A DNA stretch of 64,000 bases from the human T2T-CHM13v2.0 reference genome, Homo sapiens, in assembly GCF_009914755.1 (NCBI RefSeq), contig NC_060939.1. The stretch is one strand, 5' to 3'. The notes beneath the pieces are model-generated. The model saw only the letters and a program-made list of their open reading frames with translations. It was not told the DNA's origin and searched no databases. Below, piece by piece: positions 28,378 through 43,606 of this stretch. Position 1 is the stretch's first letter. Every line of letters starts with the position of its first letter. The position numbers were made by a program, and so were the translations under genes.

Positions 28378-29949
28378 AGGGGAATACTCATATTGTCCTT
28401 TGGAGTGAAGAAAATGGGCCTAGCATTTCCCTCTCTGGAAAGGTCATCAGAATTGTGGCTGTAAGACTGAGTTGGCCTAAAGTGTTCTCTTTTTGAAATG
28501 CGATTATTTGAGAGTTTACAGGCTACATTCAGCTGGGTGCCCATTCTGTCTGTCTTGGATAATTCCTTGACAGTACTAGATTGGCATGGACTTCCTTTTC
28601 TTTCAAAGAACACGGTGACAGGTCGGTCCTTTGGGGGTAAGTGAGCAGAGGAACTGTCTTTTTGGGCAAGAGCTGCATCTTTTAATGATAGGGACCCCAG
28701 TACATTAAGTTCTCCCTTATTTGAGGTATTTAAGCTGAGGAGAGAGGATGGCCTCTCTACTCTTTGCTTTGACTGATAGGAAGATGGTGCCACCAAACAC
28801 TCTCCAATTCTTGGCTTTTCAATTGTCTTGAAGGCTTTGCGCTCCTTCTCTAAAATATCTGTTTGCTGGCGAATCTGTTCCATCATCTCTTTTTCATTCT
28901 GTTGCTGCAACTGTTTTTGCCTTTCTTCCTTCTCAGTGTTTAGCTTTTCTAACTTCTTAAGCACAGGATTAGAAGACTCTGTATTCAAAGAAGGAACAAT
29001 CTGATCTTTTCCTGAGCAGTGATACCTTCTAGTTTCCCTGTTGATATCCAAAGTAAGAGCTTCCCCCGCTGTGTCTTCATTTTCCAATAGTTTGTTTCTT
29101 TGGATACTTGTGTCTAGTTGGGAATTTGTTTTCAGTGGGTCTTGTTGGGGGATATAAAAAAAAGTAGGTAGACTATTTGAAATGAAGGAGTCTTTCAGCT
29201 GTGGTTTACAGGTAATAGACTCAGAACTGCAGACCACCATTTCCTTCATAGTTCCATCCTTCAAATGCTCTGCACTGCTAGTCTCATTTGAGGCACTGAG
29301 GGCATTGTCCCGTGAATCAAATTTTGGACTGCTGGATATCTTAGGTGATGGAAACTGCAAGTCTCCTTCATCTGAAATGACAGACTCTAGTTTGCTCTTT
29401 TGGCTTTCCTCATAGCTCAGAAGTTCCAAGCTTCCTTGAGAGCTCTCACTATCAGGTGTACCCCGTGGAGACTGAAGGCCTTCAGGCACCAATTCTGTAG
29501 ACCATCTGCGATCCTCTGAAGGAGAAATACCACCAAGAGAACGAACTTTCAGCAATTCTAAGCTAAATATAGCTTGCTCTAGTTCTCTCATTCTCCTACT
29601 TTCTCTCTTAGCCCGGCCTACTTTTTTCTGATGGAGATCCTCCAAGGACCTGGGTCTCTCTCTTACAAGCACATCTTCCTGCAAGTCCACACCACTCTGG
29701 CTTTGGGCTCTCTCCTGCTGCTTGTTTGGTGACTCCTTCAAGCAGTCCACTGAACTTTCACGGCTAATTCGATTACTCTCTATTACAGATTTACATTCCT
29801 CTATGGCTTTTATTCTGTTGTCAAAAGAACAATCCTCCCATTCTGAAGGGTCTGAACCCTGAATTTCCAGAGATCCATATCCCTTAATATTCACCAATCC
29901 AACTTCTGGCTTTGTTTCTCTTAGCCTTTGTTCTTTTAAAGCTTTAAAT
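28378..29949 (-). CDS. MYO9A: MYO9A giant tail exon (~exon 25), coiled-coil/disordered tail, 524 codons
   Basis: 1572 bp, phase 2/2; tatatag|A ... CT|gtaagt; 507-aa ORF 28374..29897 matches myosin IXA tail. Confidence 0.97.
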
Positions 29950-30603
29950 CTATATAAAAACAGACAAAATGGGTTATAGAAATATCTTAGTTACCACTGA
30001 AAATAACATATTTCCTGAGAATTTAAGAAAAAATGCAGAGTTGTAAAATCTTTTTATAATACCTAAGTTCTTCTTAAACTAACTTGAATGCACATTTCAT
30101 AATTTTCCTATTTCCATGAGTCAGATGATATTTCATTAAGTGTATTACTTCTACCTAGGCATTTCAGTCAAAATGTAAACTAATTCAGAAGTAAAGCTCT
30201 CATTTTAATAATGCCTTTATTTTAAAGTAAACCTCAAATTAAAGTGAAATTTTAAGTGTGAAATTAAAGTGAAATTTTAATTTAAGTGTGAAATTAAAGT
30301 TTCTGAAAGTAACAACAGTTGAATATTGCCAATTTTATAAGATTCAGCCTAATGTAGAAGTTAATTCTTAGCAGTTATGATCACAGACCATGTAGATTTT
30401 CAATCCAATTTAATTCAATAAAACCTTATTTAACTTCCATTATAGACAATACAATGTGGGTTAAAATCGGTATCACAGTATAGTGGAAAAGACAAATTGT
30501 ATACAACCAATTCTAATACAAATTAGACAAGTGTTAATGCAGAGGTATAAACAAAGTACTTGGGAAGAAGAAAAAAAGCAATTATTATAGTAATAGAGAT
30601 TAC

Positions 30604-30923
30604 CTTTGTCTTGCTCTGAATCCTCTACATGTTGATTGCAAAAGGATAATTTTTTTCCTTTGTTCTTGGTACCTTTTACTTTCCCTGTAGGCTTTCCATC
30701 TTGCTTGTATGCAAATAGCAGCCATGTGCCTGCGCCTATAGTAATCTCTCCATTTCTGCTGGATAACGATGGCTGCAGCCCGTAACTCCAAGTACCGCTG
30801 CCTCTCTAAGTGAGCACGCCAGGAAGCTTGGAGAAGAGCAGCTGCACTAGCCATAACAAAAGCATCCTTCTGCACAGCTGCATCTCTGACTTGCTTCTGA
30901 TTTAGGTAATTCCTCCAGAATCT
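30604..30923 (-). CDS. MYO9A: MYO9A coding exon (~exon 24), IQ calmodulin-binding neck
   Basis: 320 bp, phase 0/2; cccatag|AGA ... AG|gtaatc; IQ-like motifs LQASWRAHLER, IQQKWR, IQARWK, LQSTCRGFRAR (ORF 30600..30875). Confidence 0.97.
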
Positions 30924-31069
30924 CTATGGGGAAGACAAAATAACAGAAACTGGTTGTCATATCTTACACTGCATTTTCACAGGAAAAAAAGAGAATAAAT
31001 TTCTTATGTCATAATTACAGGTTAAGTGGCTATGCAGCTAAATTCTTGGTGATTAAAAATAAGTTTTCT

Positions 31070-31372
31070 GGCCAGGTGCGGTGGCTCATGCCTGTAATCC
31101 CAGCACTTTTGGAGGCTAAGGCAGGCAGATCATGAGGTCAGGAGATAGAGACCATCCTGGCTAACATGGTGAAACCCCGTCTCTACTAAAAATACAAAAA
31201 AAATTAGCTGGGCGTGGTGGTGGGTGCCTATAGTCCCAGCTACTCAGGAGGCTGAGGCAGGAGAATGGCGTGAACCTGGGAGCTGGAGCTTGCAGTGAGC
31301 AGAATTCACGCCACTGCACTCCAGCCTGGGTGACAGAGTGAGACTCTGTCTCAAAAAAATAAAAATAAAAAA
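31070..31372 (+). mobile_element. AluY/Sc-type SINE
   Basis: gagaccatcctggctaac, gagaatggcgtgaacc, gagcttgcag. Confidence 0.88.
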
Positions 31373-32107
31373 ACTAGTTTTCTACAAAAGCAGAAAGTGT
31401 ACCTGAAAAAGATAAATAGAAAAAAGTTTTCTCTTCCAGATATGTTTGGCTAAAACAGCTATTTTAAATAATATAACCTTGAAGAAGTTAATTACAGAAC
31501 CTAATTTAAAATTTTTGGATGATTTCATGTCCTTCAAATTATTAGTAACTTTAACATATTATATTCTTTTGTTACAATTTTCCTAAATAACACTAATGGG
31601 TTTAAGGTAATCCTGACACACATTCCAAAGATGAAGATACTAAAGATTTTCTTGCACAAATGGAAAAGATCTTATGGAAATGATATAAATCAATGAGGGA
31701 GTTAATAAAACAAATAAAATGTAAAATAAGGTACCTATCATCCAAAATGAGTGTCTAAAACCAACGGTATATATACAACTCTCAAACATCACTCCAAAAA
31801 CTATTAAATAAAAACAACTATGTCAACAAATATTAGGTAACTCCTTAGCCCCTACACAGATCTCACAAGACATTATAACTACAAATTCAATTTAATTTAA
31901 ATTCAATGGAATCAATATTTATTAATAGTCTATTATATGCCAGATAATCTGTTGGGTGTTATGAGCACTTCAAAATTGGGTACGACATATTCTCATTTCT
32001 GAAGTTCACATTATTACTGAAAATGTTTTACAGTAAAAAGGTTCTGGTTACTAAACAAAGGCCAAATAAACTAGTCAATCTCATGCAAAGAATCCTTTGC
32101 TTCTCAC

Positions 32108-32257
32108 CTGGATAATAACAGATGCTTGTCTCAGATGGAGGAAATGCTGCCTACACAGCAAGACCCTGAACCATCGCTGCAACAATATGATTCTGCGGAG
32201 CACCTCTTGGTGAAGCAGATCTTGTAAGTGCTGTCGTTCCTGCTCCTTTAGAAAGAC
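32108..32257 (-). CDS. MYO9A: MYO9A coding exon (~exon 23), motor end and first IQ: [50 protein letters not shown]
   Basis: 150 bp, phase 0/0; ttggtag|GTC ... CAG|gtgaga. Confidence 0.97.
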
Positions 32258-33857
32258 CTACCAAAAGGAAGAAAGATGAGGAATGCAGCTTAAGAAGAAA
32301 TGAGAAATTTATTTCATGAATCATCCTTTCTGTGATAAGCTTTTAGAGAAGAACAAACACAGTGGCAGGCATGTAAATGAAGTACTGATAAATATTCCTA
32401 CAGATTTATCCAAAGTAGTCATTCTCAAATTGAAATGGAGATAGTAGAATACGGAAGGTGAGCTGGGTGTGGTGCTACATGCCTATACTCCTAACTACTG
32501 AGAAGGCTGAAACAGGAAGTTTGCTGAAGCCCAGGAGTTCCAGTTCTACGGCAAAATAGAGAGACCTGGTCTCCAAAAAAAAAAAAGACAAAAAAAGGAA
32601 GGTAAGGAAGGGAGGAAGGGAGGGAAAAATGACAAGGTGAGCAAGAATATCAAAATTCCAGTGCCAGAGATTATGATACATTAGTCCATTGGGGAAACCA
32701 CTGCTATGAGTAAATGTATTACTGGTAATAAGTCATATTTTTCAAGCGTGTTGGGATGGGGAAAAAAGTTGAAAACCATAGATCTTGAAGCTTGAATCAT
32801 ATAATGAATAAACCAATGATAACAGTCTTTTTGAAATCCAGCGTGCATTAAAAGCTTCTCACTGTCCAAAGTTATTAATAAGTTTATTTTATTTACTCCT
32901 TCATTCCACTAATGTTTAGGGTTTGTGAGGCTGCAAAGGTGAAGGAGACATATCCCTTTAGAAACAGGAATTATACCTCTCATTTGAGAGCAGGTAGATA
33001 TTATATACCCGAAGAGGAAGATGGTAAACTAATAAGGGCCAGAGACAAAAGATCCCACCTGAGTAACACAGAGAGTTGAAAATAATAATAAAGGCATGCA
33101 CAGGAGACAACGGGACAATTAATCTCCATAAAAAAGATATTAAGTAATGTGAAGCCACAATATGAAGGTTCTCAAAAAAGAGAAAGATGTTTGGATTTAA
33201 TGAGGAGGTTATCAGGAGGTTATTATCAAGCAGGAGGCAGACATAAAGAACTAAGTATATTAAGATAATAATTTTAATATTATGAGTAGAATAAATTAAA
33301 TGGAATGACAAATACACTAGAATCAGATAAGTAAGCTGTTCACTGTATAAGCAATGTAGATGAGAAGAGATAAGGAATAAAAATAAAATGGAAGCAGTAG
33401 TAATGGAGAAACAGAAAGCGATGTAAGAATCTCTTTGTAAAAGGAAAAAAAATCCCTAAAACTTTGTGAAAGGATTAAAGTGAACGGTATGCCAAAGACA
33501 ATTATGGTTTCTAGACTGAGAAACTGGAAAAAGGGTGACAGAGAAAGAAAGTATTTGATAAATTTAAGAACAGATGAATCTGGATATGGTCACCTTGGGC
33601 AAGCTGGCTTGGAGATTACAGTAGAGTATCTATGGAGAGATGATTTTTAGGCAGTTAAAATTATAGTCAGAACTAGAGCACTGGCCAGAGCTCTGTGATT
33701 AATATTGACTACATAATTAAATAAAAACCTGGGCCTAACCAATTGTCTTCTGATATCTGATTCACTATCTTTTTAATAAACAATCTCATAGGCAAAAATT
33801 ATTATTTTTTAAATAAATGCACTCAATTTTGACCAGAGCTATACAGATTATATTTAC

Positions 33858-33980
33858 CATGGTTTTTCCAACTTGATAATTATCTGGATTAAGATTTATT
33901 TTCCTGAAGAAATCCTGAATGTTAAATTTGGATGGAATAATATTTCGGGGAAGAAGTACATGGAAGTGGCTCACAAAATC
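33858..33980 (-). CDS. MYO9A: MYO9A coding exon (~exon 22), converter: DFVSHFHVLLPRNIIPSKFNIQDFFRKINLNPDNYQVGKTM
   Basis: 123 bp, phase 0/0; tttttcag|GAT ... ATG|gtaaat; YQxGKT motif; overlaps ORF 33786..33974. Confidence 0.97.
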
Positions 33981-34845
33981 CTGAAAAATAATTTAAAAAT
34001 ATTGTAAAATCAGAAAACAGTGTATGTAAACAAGACCTTAAACTAATTATCATTCTATTAATCTTTTCTCTTTCTTTTAAACAGGGTGAAACCAAGACGT
34101 GCATGTTAATTTAAGATATGATAAAAGGTTAATTCGGAAAACATAGGAGGTGGAGAAAGATATTGGGTTCTACATATCATGACATCAAAAGGGAATGAGA
34201 GAAAAAAAAGGCAGAGGCTAATTATCCCTTTTGAGAAAGCTTTATAAAAGACCAAAGAAAAGGGTATTTAACAAGACCCTAAAATTTCTATCAGGAAAAA
34301 AAAAGCAAACGTGGCAGGATGGGGACAGGGTATCACTGAGAATGAGGCTTTCCGTCCCAGTAACAGCAAAGACTTGCTCAGTTGCTGAACAGCTTCAATA
34401 TAGTTTCCATACCCATAGCAGCAATTGCTGATACGAGTAGCTGTGAGCCTTGCTGGCAGCTTACTATGAAAGAAAATCCTGCTGAGAAAACTTTAGGGAA
34501 AACCAAATAGAATCTTTTCACTAGATAATTCTCATTGAACTATTTCAGTTACTGGAGAGGTCAGTGCAAAGAATTGTTATATCAGGAGTAAATTTAGTAT
34601 TAGCAAACATTCCGAGCAAATGAGAATAGCCAAGTACTGGATTCTATTACAATAAGCTTAATGAGATTGCTGCCATTCAATCAAAGTAAATACTGTCTAT
34701 CCCTTTTCAATTCCGTATACAAAACGTGAAATGGAAAGGAAGAATTAAGGAAAATAAGTAAGCCCCAAAGAAATAATAAGCAAGATATGTGGGAATCATT
34801 TACTTGATGTGTCTAAATATGTAAATATCACTATAAAAACAGAAC

Positions 34846-34956
34846 CTGGAAAGAATATTTGGAGCTGTATCCTGATTGGCGAATTCGAACTGTTTCCAGC
34901 ATCCCGGTGTATCGAAGCTGTCTAAGTACCAAGACATCACTGAACCTTAAGGGCAG
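34846..34956 (-). CDS. MYO9A: MYO9A coding exon (~exon 21), SH1/SH2 helix region: [37 protein letters not shown]
   Basis: 111 bp, phase 0/0; tttag|CTG ... CAG|gttctg; [14 protein letters not shown] myosin motif. Confidence 0.97.
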
Positions 34957-35288
34957 CTAAAGCAAATGGAAAAAAGATTAACCCAGAACAGTAGATCTCC
35001 AAATTAATTATCTGTTTATAAGCATGACTAACTGTTGAGTATCTAGAGATTGACTGGAGGTTGTCTGGTTAACATATACAGTAACTAAGTATATTAAGGC
35101 AAGCTCACCTCTCAGCTGGTAGCTTCAGAAAAGTTCTGACTGCCCAACCCTAGGGAAAAGAGAGAAACCAAGCTTCCAGGCTTCTCTGGTTGTGAAGAGA
35201 GAGGACCTTAAAGGCTCAAAAAGAATGTAGTCACCCACAGAGGCCACATAGTCCAATCACTACAAAATCTGTAACAAGATAACCTACA

Positions 35289-35595
35289 ACTGGGTGTAGT
35301 GGCTCACGCCTATAATCCTAGCACTTTGGGAGGCCAAGGTGGGCTGATCACCTGAGGTCAGGAGTTCAAGACCAGCCTGGCCAACATGGCAAATCCTTGT
35401 CTCTACTAAAAATACAAAAATTAGCCGGGCGTGGTGGTGCACACCTGTAGTCCCAGCTACTCAGGAGGCTGAGGCAGGAGAACTGCTTGAAACCAGGAGG
35501 CGGAGATTACAGTGAGCTGAGATCATGCCACTGCACTCCAGCCTAGGTGACACAGTGAGACTCTGCCTCAAAACAAAAACAAAAACAAAAAAGAA
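35289..35595 (+). mobile_element. AluSx-type SINE
   Basis: Alu consensus. Confidence 0.88.
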
Positions 35596-35842
35596 AATTC
35601 TTTTCTGACAGGACTTCAAGAGGTATTTGCTTCTCAAATTCTGGGTGATGCTAAATCAAATCCAAATAAACACCTTACAGGCAGGGAAGTGTGGAAAAAT
35701 CCATTTAAAGTGTTTATAACATACTATTTTCCTTATAAATATTATAGTTAGTGCTTCCCCTCCACTTATTCTGCTTAAAAGTATTTAAAGCTCAGTTTGA
35801 AGTAAGCTGAGATATGTGCTCTCATTTATAGGACATTTTTAC

Positions 35843-35923
35843 CTTTTCAGCATTAGAGCGAATGCATTTTACAAAATATGGTTCTGCTTGACCAAGTGTT
35901 TCCATTAGCTTGCTTAATGATGC
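35843..35923 (-). CDS. MYO9A: MYO9A coding exon (~exon 20), motor domain: [27 protein letters not shown]
   Basis: 81 bp, phase 0/0; gcag|GCA ... AAG|gtaaaa; conserved myosin PxFV(R/K)CI motif. Confidence 0.97.
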
Positions 35924-36419
35924 CTGCAACAGAAAGCAATATAATTATCATACTCTTCCATTCCAAACTATTAACAAATAATTTATAACTATAATCAACA
36001 TGCTGGCAAAACATTCAAAAAGTAGAGGTACACATAGAAAGAGGTTTTTGAAAAGCACATTGTGTATATTCTCATACTGGTTAAATTATGGATAATTAAG
36101 GATAAAGATGGTAGTTTAATATTAAAGCAGATAGCCTGGAAATAGTAAATATTGCAGATGTTTTCAGAACAATCAAATATAGAATTTTTTTCACTTTTCT
36201 TCACATTTCATCAAACAATTTTATTCAAACTCATGTATCCTACAACTTTTAAAATGATTCAGGAGGGTATCCAGTAAGGTAGTAAGCCCTTGCTTTACTT
36301 TAAATGTCTACAAAGTATGTAATGATATCCCTTTTTTTATTCCTGATAATGGTAATTTGCACATTCTCTCTTTCTTCCTGATTAGTGGCTAGAAATTTAT
36401 CAACTTTTTGATTTGCTCA

Positions 36420-36679
36420 GCCCAGGCATGGTGGCTCACGCCTATAATCCCAGCATTTTGGAGGGCCAAGGAGGGCAGGATCACCTGAGGTCAGAAGTTT
36501 GAGACCAGCCTGGCCAACATGGTGAAACCCCATCTCTACTAAAAAATACAAAAATTAGCCAGGCGTGGTGGTGCCCGGCTGAGGCATGAGAATTACTTAA
36601 ACCTGGGAGGTGGAGGTTGCAGTAAGCCAAGATGGTGCCACTGCACTCCAGCCTGCGCAACAAAGTGAGACTCTGTCTC

Positions 36680-36708
<29 letters not shown>
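36420..36708 (+). mobile_element. AluS-type SINE with a small internal deletion
   Basis: Alu consensus. Confidence 0.85.
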
Positions 36709-36712
<4 letters not shown>

Positions 36713-37519
36713 GATCTGCTTAAAGAACCAGCTTTTGGTGTCAGTGTTTTGTCTATTTTTCTGTTTTTCATTTCATTGAATTCTGCTGTTATCTTTATTA
36801 TTTACTTTTCTCTGCTTGTATTGGGTTTCATATATTCTTTTTATAGTTTATCGAGGTAGAAATTTAGATTATTGAATTGAGACATATCTCCTTTTCTAAT
36901 AAAAGCATTTAGTGCTATAAATTAACCTTGGAGCACTGCTTTAGCTGCATTGCACAAATTTTGATATTTCATTCTATTTAAAATATTATAAAATTTTCCT
37001 TCCTCTAAAATATGTATTATTTAGAAGTCGCTTTTACATATTCTAAATATTTGGGGATTGATGTCTTTCTTTGATTTCTGGTTTAATTCTATTATAAATA
37101 CAACATTTTGTATGATTTTAACTCAAAATTGTTAAGGTTTTATGGCCTAGTTTACGATCTACCTTGGCAAGTATTTCATGGGCACTTAAAATAAATGCAT
37201 ATTCTGCAATTGTTGGCTAGGGTGTTCTACAAATTTCAGTTAGGTCAAGTAGGTTAATTGTTCTATTTAAGTCTTCCATATCCTTCCTAATTGCCTACTT
37301 ACCCTGTCAATTACCAAGAGGTATGCTGAAGTTTCCAAGCATAACTGCAGATTTGTCCATTTTTCTTTTAATTCTATCAGTTTTTGGTTCAGATATTTGG
37401 GAGTTCTGTTATTAGATGAATATACATGTAAGACTTGGTAAATTGCACCTTTTATCACTATGAAATTATCTCCCTTTATCCTTGGTAATTTTCTCTGTTC
37501 TGAAGTCTACTTTGTCTGA

Positions 37520-39389
<1,870 letters not shown>

Positions 39390-41004
39390 GATAATATCCA
39401 TTTCTTAATTGGACTGTTTAGAGCATTTACATTGTTAATAATTAGTATGATTGGATTTAGGGCTACCAATTTTATTACTGGCCTTCTGTTTGTCCTCTCT
39501 CATTTGTTCCTCCCTTCCTCCTCTTACTCCCTGTCTGTTTAAAATAGACTTTTGGAGCAGTTTTAGGTTCACAGCAAAAATGAGCAGAACATAGAATTCC
39601 CATATGCCCCTTTACCCTCACATGCACAATTTCCCCTATAATTAACATCTTGCATTAGTGTGTTATATGTGATGAACCAATACTGACATGATTATTAACT
39701 ACAGTCCATAATATGCATTAGGGTTCACTCTTTATGTTGCACATTCTCTGGGTTTAAACAAATATATAGACATTTATTCACCATTGCAGTATCATACAGA
39801 TTAATTTGACTAACCTAAAGTCCTCTATGCTCTGCCTACTCATCCTCCCCCAACTAGATCCTGGCGACTACTGATCTTTTTTACTGTCTCCATAGTTTTG
39901 TTTTTTCCAGAATGTCATATATTTGGAATCTTATGGTATGTAGCCTTTTCATATTGGCTTCTTTCACTCAGTAATATGTATTTAAGGTTCCTGCAAGCCT
40001 TTTCATGGCTTGAAAGCTCATTTCTTTTTAGTGTTGAATAATATTCCATTGTCTGAATGTACCATAGTTTATCCATTCACCTACTGAAGGACATCTTGAC
40101 TGTTTCCAAGTTTTAGCAATTATGAATAAAGCTGCTATAAATATCTGTGTACAGGTTATTGTGTGGACATAAGTTTTCAACTAATTTAGGTAAATACCAA
40201 GAAGTTGTTACTGCTGGATCATATGGTAAAAATATAGTTTATAAGAAACTGTCAAACTGTTTTCCAAAGTGGCTGTACCATTTTGCATTCCCACCACCAA
40301 TGAATGAGTGTTCCTGTTGCTCCACATTCTCACCAGCATTTGGTGTTGTCATTGTTTTGGACTTCTGCCATTCCAATAGCTGTGCTGTGGTATCTCATTT
40401 TTGTTTTAATTTGCAATTCCCTAATAACATATAATGTGGAACATCTTTTCATATGCTTATTTGACATCTGTGTACTTTCTTTGGTGAGGTGCCCCTCCCC
40501 TCTGTTCAATATACTTTAGTATTCCATATTAATTTATCTACTTTTCAACTATCTTTGTACTGCATTTTAGTAGCTGCTCTAGGGATTACAATATACAAAC
40601 CTAACTTGTCACAGTCTACTTACTTAAGAGTCGATATTTCACAAGTTCAAGTAAAACAAAGAAGTCTTACAACTATATATAGACCCCTGTTACTGTTGTG
40701 AAATTACATCAACATACAAATTTTTAAACTTTTAAGTGTTCGTTTTTCTTGCAAATGCTATTGTAGTATAATATACATAGGGCTTGGCACAGTGTCACAT
40801 GCCTGTAGCCACAGCTACTTGGGAGGCTGAGGAGGGAGGATAGCTTAAGCCCAGAAGCTGGAGTCCAGCCAGGGCAACATTTTATTTATGAGACTCCGTC
40901 TCAAAATAATGATAATAATAATACACATAAAATATTAAAATAATAAGTGTAAATTATGACTTTTTACAAAAGGAAGACATTGTTGTAACTAAAGCCCCAA
41001 TTTT

Positions 41005-41121
41005 ATATATATACACGTATATATATACACGTATATATATACGTGTATATATACACGTGTATATATATATACGTGTGTGTGTATATATATATACGTGTAT
41101 ATATATATATATATATATATA
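41005..41121. repeat. Alternating purine-pyrimidine (TA/CACG/TG)n microsatellite
   Basis: direct reading. Confidence 0.9.
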
Positions 41122-43173
41122 AAATCAGAAACTCAGAAGCCCCTTTGTGCCCCATCCCATTGACTTTAGCAAGCTCACTGTACATAAGCTATGTACTCTT
41201 ATTTCCACACCCCAACCAAGGGTAATTATTATTCTTACTTTTAAGATGATAAGTTAATTTTACCTACTATTAAAGTTCATATGAATGGAAAAATACACCA
41301 TGTACTATTTTGTATTTGTTGCATACAATTATATTTTGTAAATTTCCAGTGCTGTATATTAGTGATCCATTATTTGGCTATACTGGCTATACTACCATTA
41401 AACTATCCATTAAGAGATGAGTATTTCGTTGTTTCCAGTTTATTATGAAAAATTTTGCTATGAACATACTTATACTTGTCTCTTTTAACTGTTTTCCAAT
41501 ATGCTTGTATCAATTTACATTTCAACAGTACCATATAAGGTTCTGAATGCTCCCCAATCTTGCCAACATGTTGTATAATCAGTTTATTTCAGCCATGTTG
41601 GCAAGTATGTAACAGTATTGCTTTGTGGTATTAATTGGCATTTCCCTCATGAATAATAATGTTGAACAGGTTTTACATAGGTGTGTTGGCCTTCTGGATA
41701 TCATCTTTTATAAACTGCCTATTTGAGACTTTTGTCCATTTGTCTATTAGGTTTTCTTCCTTTTAAAACACTGATTTTTAGTTCTTCATATTATACAAGT
41801 CCTTTTTTAGTCTTGCTCTTTTTCTTCTTTTAATGGTGACTTTTTTGGTTTAAAGTTTTATTGGAATAAAATCTACATACTATTAAAATATACACATTGT
41901 AGTTCACAAATCAATGAGTTTTAGTAAATTTACACAGTTATGCCACTATCACTACAGTCCAGTTTTAGAACTCCTCTATCACCCCCAAAAAACTCCCTCC
42001 TGCCCATCTGCAGTCAATAACCACTTGAGAAGCAGCCCCAGGCAACTACCAATCTGCTTCCTGCTGCTATAAACTATCTTTTAAAAAAATACATTCTTTT
42101 TTAGATGGCTTTTCATGTGATTATAAAAGTAATATGTAGCTATTCTAGAACACTTAATACATACATATATGTTCAGAGAATATCAGCTTGGGTTTAATTT
42201 GACTAATGACTAAATTCTTAGAGCTATAATTAAAACCAGGTTAATTTCTTCAAACCAATCAGCCTTTTCAAAGGGAATTCATACTTCTACAAGTATGAAT
42301 TCAATTCAAATATGAAAACAAGCTTAATGTATCCTACATCTTCCTTATACCCACAGTTAGAAGACTCCTAGGGAAGAGAAAAATTTAGGTTTCACCGCTT
42401 GAAGAAAGAGTATGTTGACTGTTCACATAACAGCGGATATTTTTCCTAGCAACCTGTGGATCCCTAGGCAGCTGAGTATGGAGAGGAGTAGCAGCTTTAC
42501 CAGTAAGTTTTAGTAGCTACAACAAGCAACAGCATGTGTATGACTGATTATATTAGGAGAAAGCCACAAAACTTCTTTTAAAAAACTACTAAGTAGAGAC
42601 ATAGTGCTATGAAGTGACCAGACTTTGACATACAGGTCCATGCATAAACATTGCACAGTTCTTTATGATCAAGTTGTATCATCCCAGTCATAACTTAAGG
42701 CTTTACCTGCTTTGAAAGTTTGGTGGTCAAAGGGATTGACTCATTAAAATCTAACATTAGCCTGCAGAAGACAAACTCTCAAGAGGGAATGTTTTAGAGT
42801 ATAGTGAAGGTGGTAATTTACCACAAAAGGCTGAAATAATACAGAAAATATACATTATAGTCTACCATGTTGTTACTTGTTTCTATTTATCAGTCTGAAT
42901 TTTCTTTTTCCTTTTTTTTATTGAGTATATTTTATGGTTCCATTTTAGTTCAGCTATTACCTTACTAACTGTTAACTCTTTTTTAAAGGATTATTCTAGG
43001 ATTTGCACCTTTTATCACAGTCTACCTTCAAATAATACTATACCATGTTCTGTATAGTGTAAAAGCTTAACAACACTATATTTCCACTTAGCCCCACTTT
43101 AGGTGTTTTGTGATACTTTTATTATATATTTTATTTCTACCTCACAATATACTATTATTTTTGTTTTCTATAG

Positions 43174-43606
<433 letters not shown>

